Positions 1 through 9,295 of a stretch of 64,000 nucleotides of DNA are shown one piece after another (within the stretch, counting starts at the first letter, position 1; every line of letters starts with the position of its first letter). The notes beneath the pieces are model-generated. The model was not told the DNA's origin. It saw nothing but the letters and a program-made list of their open reading frames with translations, and did no database searches. The DNA is from an uncultured Clostridia bacterium. GTDB taxonomy: Bacteria > Acidobacteriota > Blastocatellia > UBA7656. The stretch spans positions 778 through 64,777 of the forward strand of contig CAYXVU010000001.1 in assembly GCA_964468725.1 (NCBI GenBank), in the 5' to 3' direction. The translations under genes and the position numbers were made by a program.

Positions 1-492
1 GAACGTCTGGTTCTGTTCTCGGTAATCGGCAATCTCCGGCACCGAAAACCCCAAATTGTTGACATTGGCGAGCGGGGCTTGTTGTCGCAGGATGACCAAT
101 TGATTGCCGTTTTGATAGGGCAGAGGGCGCAGCAATACGCCATAGATGACGCTGAAAATCGCCGTATTCGCGCCGATGCCTAACGCTAAGGTGAGGATGG
201 CGACAATCGTAAATCCGGGATTGCGCCGAAAGATGCGCCCCCCATACCGCAGGTCTTGCCATAAAGCTTCCAACCAACGCAGGCGATTGATGTCGCGGCA
301 CTCCTCTTTGTACCGATCAACGCCGCCGAAACTTCGCAATGCTGCGCGCCGCGCCTCTTCTTCACTCATGCCGCGCTGCCGATTGGCGTTGCTCTCCATC
401 TCCAGATGGAAGCGCACTTCATCGTCCATTTCGCGTTCCAGCCGGTTGTGCCGGAACAGCGTCATTAAGCGATTCAACCGTCTCTTGAACAT
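1..492 (-). CDS. MacB/FtsX-like duplicated permease (ADOP family), N-terminal part; gene runs off the window start
   Basis: My translation of the minus strand from the ATG at 492 begins with a signal/anchor region ending GFTIVAILTLALGIGANTAIFSVIYGVLLRPLPY, a typical FtsX/MacB permease N-terminus. The start lies 16 bp downstream of the padR stop, so the two are probably an operon. This gene is not in the ORF track because it has no stop inside the window. Confidence 0.75.
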   Translation of the reverse strand, partial: MFKRRLNRLMTLFRHNRLEREMDDEVRFHLEMESNANRQRGMSEEEARRAALRSFGGVDRYKEECRDINRLRWLEALWQDLRYGGRIFRRNPGFTIVAILTLALGIGANTAIFSVIYGVLLRPLPYQNGNQLVILRQQAPLANVNNLGFSVPEIADYREQNQTF

Positions 493-507
493 CTTCACAG
501 CCTCCGC

Positions 508-840
508 TTAGGTCGTTTGCATGATTTGATTGACGGCGGTCGAAAGCCGCGTCCAGTATTCGGCCTCTTCGGTCAATTGTTTGCGCCCGGCGCGTGTCAG
601 ACTGTAGTACTTGGCCTGACGATTATTGTCGGAATTCCCCCATTCGGAGGCAATCCAGCCTTGCTGTTCTAATCGGTAAAGCGCCGGATACAGCGAGCCT
701 TGATTGACCGTCAATACACCGTCAGATATCTGCTGAATGCGTTGCGAGATGCCCCAGCCGTGCATCGGTTCCAATGCCAATGTCTTCAAAATCAGCATGT
801 CGAGCGTGCCTTGCAGTAAGTCGGGCTTAGTCTTTGCCAT
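508..840 (-). CDS. padR: PadR family transcriptional regulator
   Basis: The 110-aa product has a winged-HTH PadR signature (LKGTLDMLILKTLA...GYEISQ-like, QGSLYPALYRLEQQGWI). An AGGAGG ribosome-binding site precedes the ATG. Confidence 0.9.
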   Translation of the reverse strand: MAKTKPDLLQGTLDMLILKTLALEPMHGWGISQRIQQISDGVLTVNQGSLYPALYRLEQQGWIASEWGNSDNNRQAKYYSLTRAGRKQLTEEAEYWTRLSTAVNQIMQTT

Positions 841-856
841 TATCTCCTCCTAGATT

Positions 857-892
857 ATCTACAGGAGGCATAGTAGAAGGCTTCCTGTAGAT
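857..892. promoter_or_regulatory. Inverted repeat ATCTACAGGA-N16-TCCTGTAGAT just upstream of padR; candidate PadR autoregulatory operator
   Basis: A 10-bp perfect inverted repeat lies 17-50 nt upstream of the padR start codon. PadR regulators typically bind palindromes in their own promoters. Confidence 0.45.
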
Positions 893-1057
893 TGTCAAGA
901 TGAGCTTGGGAAGTCGCAGCGTAATGGTGAGAAGGGAGGAAAAGACAGGAGCCGACCGCCCCAGTTGAAAGCCCGACACTGAAGCGGGCAGATTGGTTGG
1001 ATGCTGTTCCTGTCTTATGGCCAGACGCCCGATGGTGGCAAGCCGTTGTTCTGGCGG

Positions 1058-2428
1058 TTATGGTTGCATCTCTTGCGTGCCCGGTTTGAATTTGAAGAGG
1101 GCGACCGAAACGGCCAATTGAGTGCTAGACGTAAAGTGGTTGTAGATTGCTGCGACCAGCCCGCTCTGTGCATCAATGCCGAGATAATCGCCGAAGAAGA
1201 CATCCGCGCTGCATTCGAAAGGCGACTGCGCGATTTTATGATTCATAAAGGTCTTGCCACCGTCCACGCTGCGCGCTAAGGTCAGTCCGGTCTTCGTGCC
1301 TTCGTAATCGCGGCGATCATAGAAGACGACGTTAATCGAGCCCTCCGCCGGGTCAACCGCCATCCAAGTGAAGAACTGCGCTTTGCCATTTTTCAGCGGA
1401 TCATCATTGACGCGCACGGCTTCCGACCAGGTTGTGCCGCCGTCGCGTGTATACATTATGAAAACATCGGTGTCGCCATTGCGTTCGTCAATCCAGTTGA
1501 CATAGAGCGAGCCTCGGTTTGCTCCGTCGCTTAGGTCAATCCCTGTGACCGGCATGCCATTGTGACGATTGAACCCCGGCATCGGGATATTCCATCCGCC
1601 GGGCGTTTGCTGAATCACTTTGTCGGCTCCGAAGGTCAGCCCGCCATCGAGCGATTTGTCGAAGACCAATCCGCGCGGCCCTGCCCATACCAAATAGACT
1701 TCACCTTTGACGCCGACAGCCGGAACTGCGCCTTCGACTGTTTCATCATCATCCACACAGTTGCCCGTCGTATCCGAAACGCGGAGGGGAGGCACGAAAC
1801 TCTTGCCGCCGTCAGTCGAGCGCGCAAAGTAGATGTAGGATTTGCAATCTGGCGACGGGTTGCCATATTCATCAAAGCGTGTCCACGCGACATAGAGATT
1901 GTTTTTGTGCGGCGAGTCCGCTGTGCGGTCGGCACGGATGTAGGGTTTGTCTTCGAATGGCAAGACGGTATTGATGTGGTCAACGACCGGAATGGGGTAG
2001 CTCCAGGTTGCTCCGCCATCAGTTGAGGAGCTGAGGAAGATGCCGGTCATGGCGCGCGGCGGACGCGGTTGGCGTATCCCATCGAATGAGATGTAGGTGC
2101 GATGCGCCGTACCGTGCGCGTCAAACGTGATGGCGTCATCGCCTTGCGTCAACGCTCTGGGGTTGTGTGCGGCGATGGTCTTCCACGTCTTACCGCCGTC
2201 ACTGGTGACATAGGCGTAGTTGCTGACGCGCGGCCCGCCGGGTCTGCCCCCTTGCATAGAGACGCCGATGATGTTGTCGAGGTTCTTCGGATTGATGGCA
2301 ATCGAAGTTTCGCCCGGTCGCATGGCGCTCGCGTCTGTCACGTTGACGACGCGATGCGATTGCGTGACGGCTGCGAGGCCGGTCAGCCCCAGCAGGAAGG
2401 TGAATAGGGAGATGAGAATCTTTCGCAC
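1058..2428 (-). CDS. Secreted BNR-repeat glycosyl hydrolase (sialidase-like)
   Basis: The product has a signal peptide followed by at least six S-x-D-x-G-x-T-W/F BNR motifs (SDGGKTW, STDGGATW, STDGGKSF, SLDGGLTF, TRDGGTTW, SVDGGKTF). Confidence 0.8.
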   Translation of the reverse strand: MRKILISLFTFLLGLTGLAAVTQSHRVVNVTDASAMRPGETSIAINPKNLDNIIGVSMQGGRPGGPRVSNYAYVTSDGGKTWKTIAAHNPRALTQGDDAITFDAHGTAHRTYISFDGIRQPRPPRAMTGIFLSSSTDGGATWSYPIPVVDHINTVLPFEDKPYIRADRTADSPHKNNLYVAWTRFDEYGNPSPDCKSYIYFARSTDGGKSFVPPLRVSDTTGNCVDDDETVEGAVPAVGVKGEVYLVWAGPRGLVFDKSLDGGLTFGADKVIQQTPGGWNIPMPGFNRHNGMPVTGIDLSDGANRGSLYVNWIDERNGDTDVFIMYTRDGGTTWSEAVRVNDDPLKNGKAQFFTWMAVDPAEGSINVVFYDRRDYEGTKTGLTLARSVDGGKTFMNHKIAQSPFECSADVFFGDYLGIDAQSGLVAAIYNHFTSSTQLAVSVALFKFKPGTQEMQP

Positions 2429-2567
2429 AATGAGTACGCTCCTTTAGAGATTGTCCGGTTATCGAAGAACGATCACAGGCTACACAACCAGCGCGATATG
2501 GAAGCCAGATGATGCTCATTATCGTCAGCCGAGGATAAATGCGAACGATGAGCAAGTGGCTTGGCCA

Positions 2568-4118
2568 TCACGGTTTTCTCCAAATGTAGATACATTTGCG
2601 GAGAGGTTCGCGTCCATGTTTCCCCATTTGCTGACTGCTATTTCCCTTACCAGTTGGCAAGATCAGTATACTTTCGACCTGAAACCCGATCCGTTCGGCG
2701 ATAGCAGAAAGGATTAAATCTACTGAAATACTTGCACCGGCATAGCGCACATTATCATTGACGAGAATGAGCGGGGCTTGCGGCTTCAATACTCGAAATC
2801 CTTCTGCCATGACACAGGCCATTTCATAAAAGTAGCCGCGCACCATTCTCGGAATCCCATTGTTATTCAATTCCTTTCGAGCCTTTTGATCTTCTAAATA
2901 CTTGAGAATCGTTTGTAACAGTTCTTGCTCATCAGCAGCAGCGATAACGTTCTTCCATTGTGGATTGAGGGCAAGTAAATTTTTTGCGCGGTTTTCTACC
3001 GTACAACTCAACATTTGCTGCCGAAGATGGACAACTTGCTCTTCGGTTAGGCCAAGCAATGCCAACTCCAATGCATAGGTACGGGTGTAGTCGTAGCGAT
3101 TGCAATAAGGCGGAGAAGTGAAGATGGCATCATATTCATCAGACGGCAGCGTCGGCAGGATGTCCAAACAAGACCCCTGATGCAAGGCAATAGCTCCTTG
3201 CTGTGTGTCTGCTGCAAATAACCCCATTTGCGCTTCCGGGTTTTGCAGATCGAAAAAGATTTCTTGTAGCTTTGTCGTGATCGCTTGATCGAAGCCGAGA
3301 ATCTGCCCCTTATCGAACCTCTTCTTTCCGAGTTGTCGGCCAGATCGGTAGTCCCATCGCAGATACTGACCATCTTTGCGCGTATAGCTGACGGACTCTA
3401 GCACGCAAAGCAAAGCAAAGCGTAATACAGCTTGTACGCGCTCTTTTTCGTTTTTCGCTGCGGCGATGTATTTTTCGATAGCTTGCTGGGTTGGTTTCGG
3501 ATACGCACCTTTGGTGATGCGAAGTTCACAAAGAGCCGACTGGTTGTGTGTTTGATGCCAAGGCCGGGCTGTGAACCACCCTTCGAGAGCCATAACATCG
3601 GCAGGCGTCAATTGTGACTCCATGATCTGTCGGGCGCAAATGATCTGTTGACCTATGGGCAGCAATTCGATGCCTTGCGCATGGATTCCGTGGGAGGCGG
3701 CCATAAACAAAGTCGTTCCGCTACCTGCGAACGGGTCTAACAAGGTGCCGGAGGTGATGCCATACTGATGTAACAGCAACTCGATCAAGGATGCAGAGAA
3801 CGCTTCTTTGTATTTGTACCAACGGTAAGCCGCCCGTGTTTTATTTGCTTGAAAGCTGACTAAAGCGCGCGACAGGTAGCCAGGCATTTGAAATCGCTTT
3901 GCAAAGCACTGATATAGTTTCTGATCAAGGTCTTCGATTTTACCTAATGCTTCGGCTGCCGAAAGCTCCCCGCTTGGCCTTTTTTTTGTGACAACCAGCA
4001 CAGCACTTTTTCCTCTCAAGAAATGGGCAGAGTATACTTCACTCAGTAGCGAGCGTCTAACCGAAACAATTTTTCGATTTTGGTGATGGAGCAACCACTC
4101 AATTTGATGCGATACCAA
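2568..4118 (-). CDS. DNA methyltransferase (N6-adenine or N4-cytosine), alpha-like motif order, no adjacent restriction enzyme
   Basis: Motif I ([11 protein letters not shown], FxGxG) comes before motif IV (FTSPPY), which gives an alpha-like order. The gene's GC content (about 45-52%) is clearly below its neighbours. Its start overlaps the stop of the upstream inositol monophosphatase-family gene by 20 bp. Confidence 0.8.
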   Translation of the reverse strand: MVSHQIEWLLHHQNRKIVSVRRSLLSEVYSAHFLRGKSAVLVVTKKRPSGELSAAEALGKIEDLDQKLYQCFAKRFQMPGYLSRALVSFQANKTRAAYRWYKYKEAFSASLIELLLHQYGITSGTLLDPFAGSGTTLFMAASHGIHAQGIELLPIGQQIICARQIMESQLTPADVMALEGWFTARPWHQTHNQSALCELRITKGAYPKPTQQAIEKYIAAAKNEKERVQAVLRFALLCVLESVSYTRKDGQYLRWDYRSGRQLGKKRFDKGQILGFDQAITTKLQEIFFDLQNPEAQMGLFAADTQQGAIALHQGSCLDILPTLPSDEYDAIFTSPPYCNRYDYTRTYALELALLGLTEEQVVHLRQQMLSCTVENRAKNLLALNPQWKNVIAAADEQELLQTILKYLEDQKARKELNNNGIPRMVRGYFYEMACVMAEGFRVLKPQAPLILVNDNVRYAGASISVDLILSAIAERIGFQVESILILPTGKGNSSQQMGKHGREPLRKCIYIWRKP

Positions 4119-4899
4119 GCAGCGTTTCGATTGTCGGTTGCAAATGCATCGGGCCAGCGATGAGTCCGGTCAACAGCGGGCGTTTGCAGTTGAATTGCAG
4201 CGGCTCGCCCGATTTTTCGCGTACGAAACCGCCTGCTGCGCGCACTAAGGCGACGCCTGCGGCTACGTCCCATTCGCTTTTCGGCACCAGCGTCCAGGTT
4301 GCATCGGCGCGACCGGCGGCGACCAGCGCCAGTTTATAGGCCACTGACCCCATTGGCTGAATCGTTAGTCCGGTTGTGGCGAAACTCTCCCACTCGCCGC
4401 GTTTGATCTCGCTGCGGCTGGCCAGCACCACCGCGCCGTTCAGCGATTCTCTCCTGCTGACGCACGCCGATTCTCCGTTATAGAGTACGCCGGTTTCCAA
4501 CGAACCGATGATGGTTTCGCCGGTTGCCGGATTGCAAATGCCTCCGGCAATCGCTTGCCCTTCGTGTATATAGCCGATTGATATGCCCCATTCGGGAATG
4601 CCGGTTACGAATTCGCGTGTGCCGTCTATGGGGTCAACAATCCAGATTGCCCTCTTTTCCAGCCGAGCAGGGTTGTCGGCAGTCTCTTCCGATAGCCAGC
4701 CTTCATCGGCGCGGGGCAAGATGCTCTGCAAAACTCGGTTGATGGCCAGATCGGCTTCGGTCAACGGATCGTCGCCTTGTTTGAAGCGGACTTCGAGGTC
4801 ACTCGCCATAAAGTTGTGAGCGACGCGGGAAGCGGCTTCCAGCGCCTCGGTGATGCGCTCGAGGATGGTGGCGATAGATGGGGGTTGATTGACCGTCAA
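4099..4899 (-). CDS. Inositol monophosphatase family protein (IMPase or CysQ-like 3'(2'),5'-bisphosphate nucleotidase)
   Basis: The product contains the IMPase signature [25 protein letters not shown]. Confidence 0.8.
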   Translation of the reverse strand: MTVNQPPSIATILERITEALEAASRVAHNFMASDLEVRFKQGDDPLTEADLAINRVLQSILPRADEGWLSEETADNPARLEKRAIWIVDPIDGTREFVTGIPEWGISIGYIHEGQAIAGGICNPATGETIIGSLETGVLYNGESACVSRRESLNGAVVLASRSEIKRGEWESFATTGLTIQPMGSVAYKLALVAAGRADATWTLVPKSEWDVAAGVALVRAAGGFVREKSGEPLQFNCKRPLLTGLIAGPMHLQPTIETLLGIASN

Positions 4900-4909
4900 C
4901 GGATGCCTT

Positions 4910-5743
4910 TCACTGTTGGATTGTTTGGAGCGCGGCTTTGCGCTTCTGATTCTGTTCGGCTTCGCTCAGCCGCGAATTGTATTCATAAATGGCGCTCTCC
5001 CATTCGCCGTACATGGCATTGGGAAGGACAATAAACTCAGTCCCGAACTTCTGCCGCGCGGCTTCGACAGCGGCGGCGCGTTCGGCGATGGTTTTGCCTT
5101 CAAACACATTGCTGAAGTCGTTGAGGTTATCGCCTGCCAGCAAGACGATGCGATAGCGTTTGCTGATTTGTTGGCGGCGCGCTTCTTTGCTCGACACATC
5201 AGCGCGCAACAGCAGCGTCTCGTCGCTGACATCGGGAAAGCCCATCTGCTTGAGATTCTTTGCTGTGCCTTCTCTTTCCGTCGGGCGGCGATTGGTGACG
5301 TAAAAGACGCGCACGCCGCGTGAGGCGGCATAACGCAGAAACTCGACCGCGCCGGGGATGGCCGAAGCCTGCGCGCCATTGCACCAGTTCGTCCACGTAG
5401 CCGATTCGAAAGGCTTGCGATTGACGATCAGCGTCGCTTGATAGCGGCTGTTATCCAGCACGGTTTCATCCACATCAACGACAACAGCGCGGCGACGCTT
5501 GTTGCGCCGGTTGATGCGGAAATCCCGATCCAACATCAAGCGCGCCAGCAGAAAGGCTTGATGTTGCAAAGCGCGAATTTCGGCAGACGATTGCTGCCAC
5601 AAAACCGCGCCCGTTTGGTACTCATTGTCCGCCGTTCTGGCGGGTGCTGTCGTCTGCGCAATGGCTGACGAGAAGAGCAAGGCTACAGTAATGACCGATG
5701 ACAGAGCAGGGAGGAATGTCGGATGGCAACGATTCGCTTTCAT
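4910..5743 (-). CDS. Lipoprotein e(P4)-family 5'-nucleotidase (class C acid phosphatase, HAD superfamily)
   Basis: The product has a signal peptide and the HAD DxDxT motif (VVDVDETVLDNS). The likely start is the internal Met in MKANRCH.... Confidence 0.75.
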   Translation of the reverse strand: MKANRCHPTFLPALSSVITVALLFSSAIAQTTAPARTADNEYQTGAVLWQQSSAEIRALQHQAFLLARLMLDRDFRINRRNKRRRAVVVDVDETVLDNSRYQATLIVNRKPFESATWTNWCNGAQASAIPGAVEFLRYAASRGVRVFYVTNRRPTEREGTAKNLKQMGFPDVSDETLLLRADVSSKEARRQQISKRYRIVLLAGDNLNDFSNVFEGKTIAERAAAVEAARQKFGTEFIVLPNAMYGEWESAIYEYNSRLSEAEQNQKRKAALQTIQQ

Positions 5744-5948
5744 GTTCGCACCTTCGCTGTGATGATGGACGGGCAAGTCGACGAGCCGGTTTTTCAGTCG
5801 CGCGAAGATGCTATCAAAGCGATGCAGAGAATGTAAAACCGGATAGATTTTGATGAAAGGGTAAAGAGCAAGACTTATCAGAGAATCGGTTGAACGCAGC
5901 CGCTTTTCCGAGCGGCACAGAGGCGCGCGCTAGCCGATTGCTTGTGCG

Positions 5949-6482
5949 TTAATTGCCGGAGATTGACGGGTCGCGTGTGGTGATGGCTTTGAAGCTATCG
6001 CCTGGTTTGTACATCAAACCGATCTGTTTGCCGTCGAATCGGGTGTTGACCAGATTGACCTGTTCTTCGAATAGTTCGAAAAAGAGGCGGTTGCGTAATT
6101 GCAAGGCTTGTGCACCTTCCGGCGCGCTGACTTCAACGTAGAGCCAGGCGGAATCCCCTTTGACTTCCAGCCCCACCCATTTGAGCTTTTTAGGTAGGCG
6201 ATTGCGGCCTTTGATTTCGAACCGATCTTTGAGGTAAGCCAGCGTCAGCGTGCCCGCTTCTTTTTGGTCTAAGCGAACGGTTTGGCGATGATGACGAAGG
6301 AGCGCCATTTCGAGATCATCGGTAAAGACGCGGATGATGATTTCGAGCGATTTTGTCTTCGGGTTGTACTCCATCTGCGCGTTGCTGACGTAAAACTTGT
6401 GCGCCTGCGCAGGTGAGGCCAGCAGCGCGAGCAACACGGCGCTAACCACTAGGCTCTGATGATAAGGATAGATACGTTTCAT
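5949..6482 (-). CDS. Exported hypothetical protein
   Basis: The product has a signal peptide (MKRIYPYHQSLVVSAVLLALLASPAQA) and no recognisable catalytic motif. Confidence 0.5.
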   Translation of the reverse strand: MKRIYPYHQSLVVSAVLLALLASPAQAHKFYVSNAQMEYNPKTKSLEIIIRVFTDDLEMALLRHHRQTVRLDQKEAGTLTLAYLKDRFEIKGRNRLPKKLKWVGLEVKGDSAWLYVEVSAPEGAQALQLRNRLFFELFEEQVNLVNTRFDGKQIGLMYKPGDSFKAITTRDPSISGN

Positions 6483-6579
6483 TGACATAACCCATTTGCG
6501 AATCGCTGCACAACGGCTGCCTGAAAGTTTACCTGTCGCAGTAAACGATTGCCATCGCGCCTTGCCCGATGGCTGACCC

Positions 6580-7950
6580 TCAGCAGGGCAAGAAGGTGAA
6601 AGCCAGTACGCCAATGATGAACCATAAGGCCGCAAAGATCAGGCGATAGCCATAAAACAGGCGAAAGTCTACGCGTGCAATGCCTGCGCCGATGACTGCC
6701 CAAAACGGTGCGATCAGATTGCCCATGTGGTCGCCGATGCTGAGCGCCAGCAAGCCACGCTGCGCCGTGACGCCGACCATTTCGGCAGTCTTGACCGTCA
6801 CCGCCCCCTGAATCACCCACTGCCCGCCGCTGGTGGGCACAAAGATCGCCACCACCGTACTGGTCAGCGCCGTCAACAACGAGTAGGTGTAGCGAGTTGA
6901 CAACGGGTCAAGCAGTTGAACCAGAAAAGCGCCAAGCGGCGTGAACTGAATCAATCCGGCTACGCCTGCGTAGAGGTGATACATCACGACAATCGGCCAG
7001 ACGGAACGGATGGCTTCTTGCAACGCCTCAGTGAAGCGGTGAACGGTACGATGCAGGGTCAGGCACAACAACAGAAGAATGGTGTTGAACGAGTTGATGT
7101 CAAGGCTCAAGCCTTTTTCAAAGAAGTGATAGTAGAGCCAGCCCGCCAGCGCCAAGCAGAGCGGCACAATGACGAGCGGCGTATGTTCCAACCGCCGCGC
7201 AAAGGCGAGCGGCGGTTGGTCAGGCGACGGTTCACTACTGGCTACCTCATCATTGAGCGCGGCTTCTGCGATCTTGTCCGATTCGGGAAATTCGGAGATT
7301 TGCCGGGTTTTTGCTGGCATCAGCCAACAACCTAAAGCAATCGCCGCCGCCGTAAAGACGAGAACATGAATCACTGCGGCGGGCGACCAGATCGTTGATT
7401 GCAAAGACATGACGCCGGTCTCTTCTTTGAGAAAGTGGCCTTCGGTCGCCATCAGCAGCGGGGCGCTGGCCGAAAATCCAAATTGCCAGATCGAGCCAAC
7501 GCCGCCGAGCGTCGCCAATAAGAAGAGAAAATCGACCCGAATGCCTTTGCGTTCTGCTTCTTTGGCGAAATGGATGGCGATCATCGGGCCGAGCGCCATG
7601 GCCAGTCCCCAATTCAAATAGGAGATCGCCCCCGACAGCAACGACGAGGCGATGACCACCTGCGCGGCAGTCTTGGGCAAGCGCGAGAGGCGCAACACGA
7701 CGCCTCTGAAAAGCGGAGTAGCAGCCAGAATCAGACTGAGGAGCAGAATTAAGGTCATCTGCATGGTGAAGGGCAACAGCATCCACAGCCCTCTGTACCA
7801 CGCATCGGTCGTCTCTTTGACCGTGCCGCCGACGGCGAGCGATAAAAGAAATAATCCCACCAACATCAGTACGGCGGTTGTTAAGGCATCCGGCACAAAT
7901 CGTTCAATGACGCGCCCCAAACCCTCTGTCCAACTTTTCCGCATCCGCAT
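6580..7950 (-). CDS. atoE: Short-chain fatty acid transporter (AtoE family), polytopic membrane protein
   Basis: The product is about 455 aa with many transmembrane segments, and its length and composition match the AtoE/ShortFA transporter family. Confidence 0.65.
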   Translation of the reverse strand: MRMRKSWTEGLGRVIERFVPDALTTAVLMLVGLFLLSLAVGGTVKETTDAWYRGLWMLLPFTMQMTLILLLSLILAATPLFRGVVLRLSRLPKTAAQVVIASSLLSGAISYLNWGLAMALGPMIAIHFAKEAERKGIRVDFLFLLATLGGVGSIWQFGFSASAPLLMATEGHFLKEETGVMSLQSTIWSPAAVIHVLVFTAAAIALGCWLMPAKTRQISEFPESDKIAEAALNDEVASSEPSPDQPPLAFARRLEHTPLVIVPLCLALAGWLYYHFFEKGLSLDINSFNTILLLLCLTLHRTVHRFTEALQEAIRSVWPIVVMYHLYAGVAGLIQFTPLGAFLVQLLDPLSTRYTYSLLTALTSTVVAIFVPTSGGQWVIQGAVTVKTAEMVGVTAQRGLLALSIGDHMGNLIAPFWAVIGAGIARVDFRLFYGYRLIFAALWFIIGVLAFTFLPC

Positions 7951-8104
7951 CCCTCCCTTGAAGTTTCTCTCCAGCCTAATGGATTCACCGCTCGCTTGAA
8001 GCACTGCTGTCTGCTTTCGGTTATTGCTTGCCTACCAACCGGTTATTCGGTTTGCAAGGTACTGATCTTTGACTCTACGTATGGAGGAGGCCTCGTGCGC
8101 CTCC

Positions 8105-8515
8105 TCATTTCATTGCGATGGGAGAGGCCTGAATCGCAACGATCTGCCACCGTCCGTGCAGGTGTGCGTAGACGTGCATGGTGCGGTAATAGCCTGTGAT
8201 GTGGTGACCTTTATAATTCCAATCGGCAGTGTCGAAAGCGATCAATACGCCCGTCGAACCATGAATGCGAATTTCGACGTGCTCACGATTAAGCTCCGCA
8301 ACGCGAAGCTGACCAGCAGCGATGTCGGCCAAAAATTGGGCTTTGTCGTCGCCATCGAGGGCGTAGGCAAAGATGCAATCGTCAGCCATCAATTGGTCAA
8401 GCGTCGCGGTATCGCCAACGGTGAGCGCCTGCACCCATGCCTGATTGATGCGTTTGATCTCTTGTTCGGCTTGTTGAGTGAAGGCTGTATCGCTGGCGTT
8501 GGCCTCGTCTGTCAT
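8105..8515 (-). CDS. SnoaL/NTF2-like (DUF4440-type) small protein
   Basis: The 136-aa product has an NTF2-like pattern (INQAWVQAL...DDCIF...HGRWQIVAIQASP). Confidence 0.6.
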   Translation of the reverse strand: MTDEANASDTAFTQQAEQEIKRINQAWVQALTVGDTATLDQLMADDCIFAYALDGDDKAQFLADIAAGQLRVAELNREHVEIRIHGSTGVLIAFDTADWNYKGHHITGYYRTMHVYAHLHGRWQIVAIQASPIAMK

Positions 8516-8602
8516 CTGCCCACTCTCCTTAGTCTGACGACCCTGCGAGGTTTATCCGAAAGTCTGACCTTACGTCAAACGTGGCGATGGATTGCCACCC
8601 GG

Positions 8603-9022
8603 CTATTGTTTTTCTCGAATCAGCTCACAGGCGGGGACAATGAGCTTGTCCATGATCGAAGCGCTTTGAATCTCCTTCCACTCAGTCGGGTCGCTCGCGG
8701 TTTCGGTGTCTACTACCTTGCCTTTGCTGTCGAAGCGTTGCACTTGCAAGATGCGGTAGCGGCGTTCCGGGCATTTGAACTCGACGGTTTGGATGACGCG
8801 TTTATACTTGATCTCTTTTTGTTCGGGCAACGGTATCGCTTTGTCGTAGGTGATGCGAAAGCGCACGCGCCCGGTGAAATGTGAGCCGACAGTTACTGCT
8901 GTCTGATCGAGATCGATCTTTGCGCCTTCGAAGCGATAGACGAGCGCCCATTCTTCGGGCTCTTGTGCGCCAGCCGGTGCCAGCAAGAACGACAGCGTGA
9001 GAAATGTGATGAGGATTCGCAT
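8603..9022 (-). CDS. Small exported hypothetical protein
   Basis: The product has a signal peptide (MRILITFLTLSFLLAPAGAQ) and no recognisable motif. Confidence 0.45.
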   Translation of the reverse strand: MRILITFLTLSFLLAPAGAQEPEEWALVYRFEGAKIDLDQTAVTVGSHFTGRVRFRITYDKAIPLPEQKEIKYKRVIQTVEFKCPERRYRILQVQRFDSKGKVVDTETASDPTEWKEIQSASIMDKLIVPACELIREKQ

Positions 9023-9295
9023 CGTGAAGCCTCTCTTTCCGCAAAATACGTGGTTGTTGGCACGGGCGCGACGAGGTATGTCATCGTACCCTCGCATGCT
9101 TTGCGGTCAAAGAGCCATTCCACCTTTATCCTTCATCCGAGTAGCCGTTGCCACCGGTCTGCCGTTTCACGGCGATGATGAAGAGAGATGAATGGCTATG
9201 CGAGGTAGCCGAGTCGCCGCTTCCTATCTATCAACGCGGGGTTGCGAAACGGCGACTCTTTGCCGAGAGCCGCAGGCACTGCTATTGAGGCGCTG

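Noticed and set aside
146-511. A 121-aa plus-strand ORF at the left edge.
   Set aside because: Its composition is Arg/Ser-rich and non-protein-like. The opposite strand encodes a clean FtsX/MacB permease N-terminus contiguous with padR, so this ORF is an antisense artefact.
2451-2717. An 88-aa plus-strand ORF overlapping the 3' end of the methyltransferase gene.
   Set aside because: It overlaps a well-supported minus-strand coding sequence and has no ribosome-binding site or domain signal. It is probably spurious.
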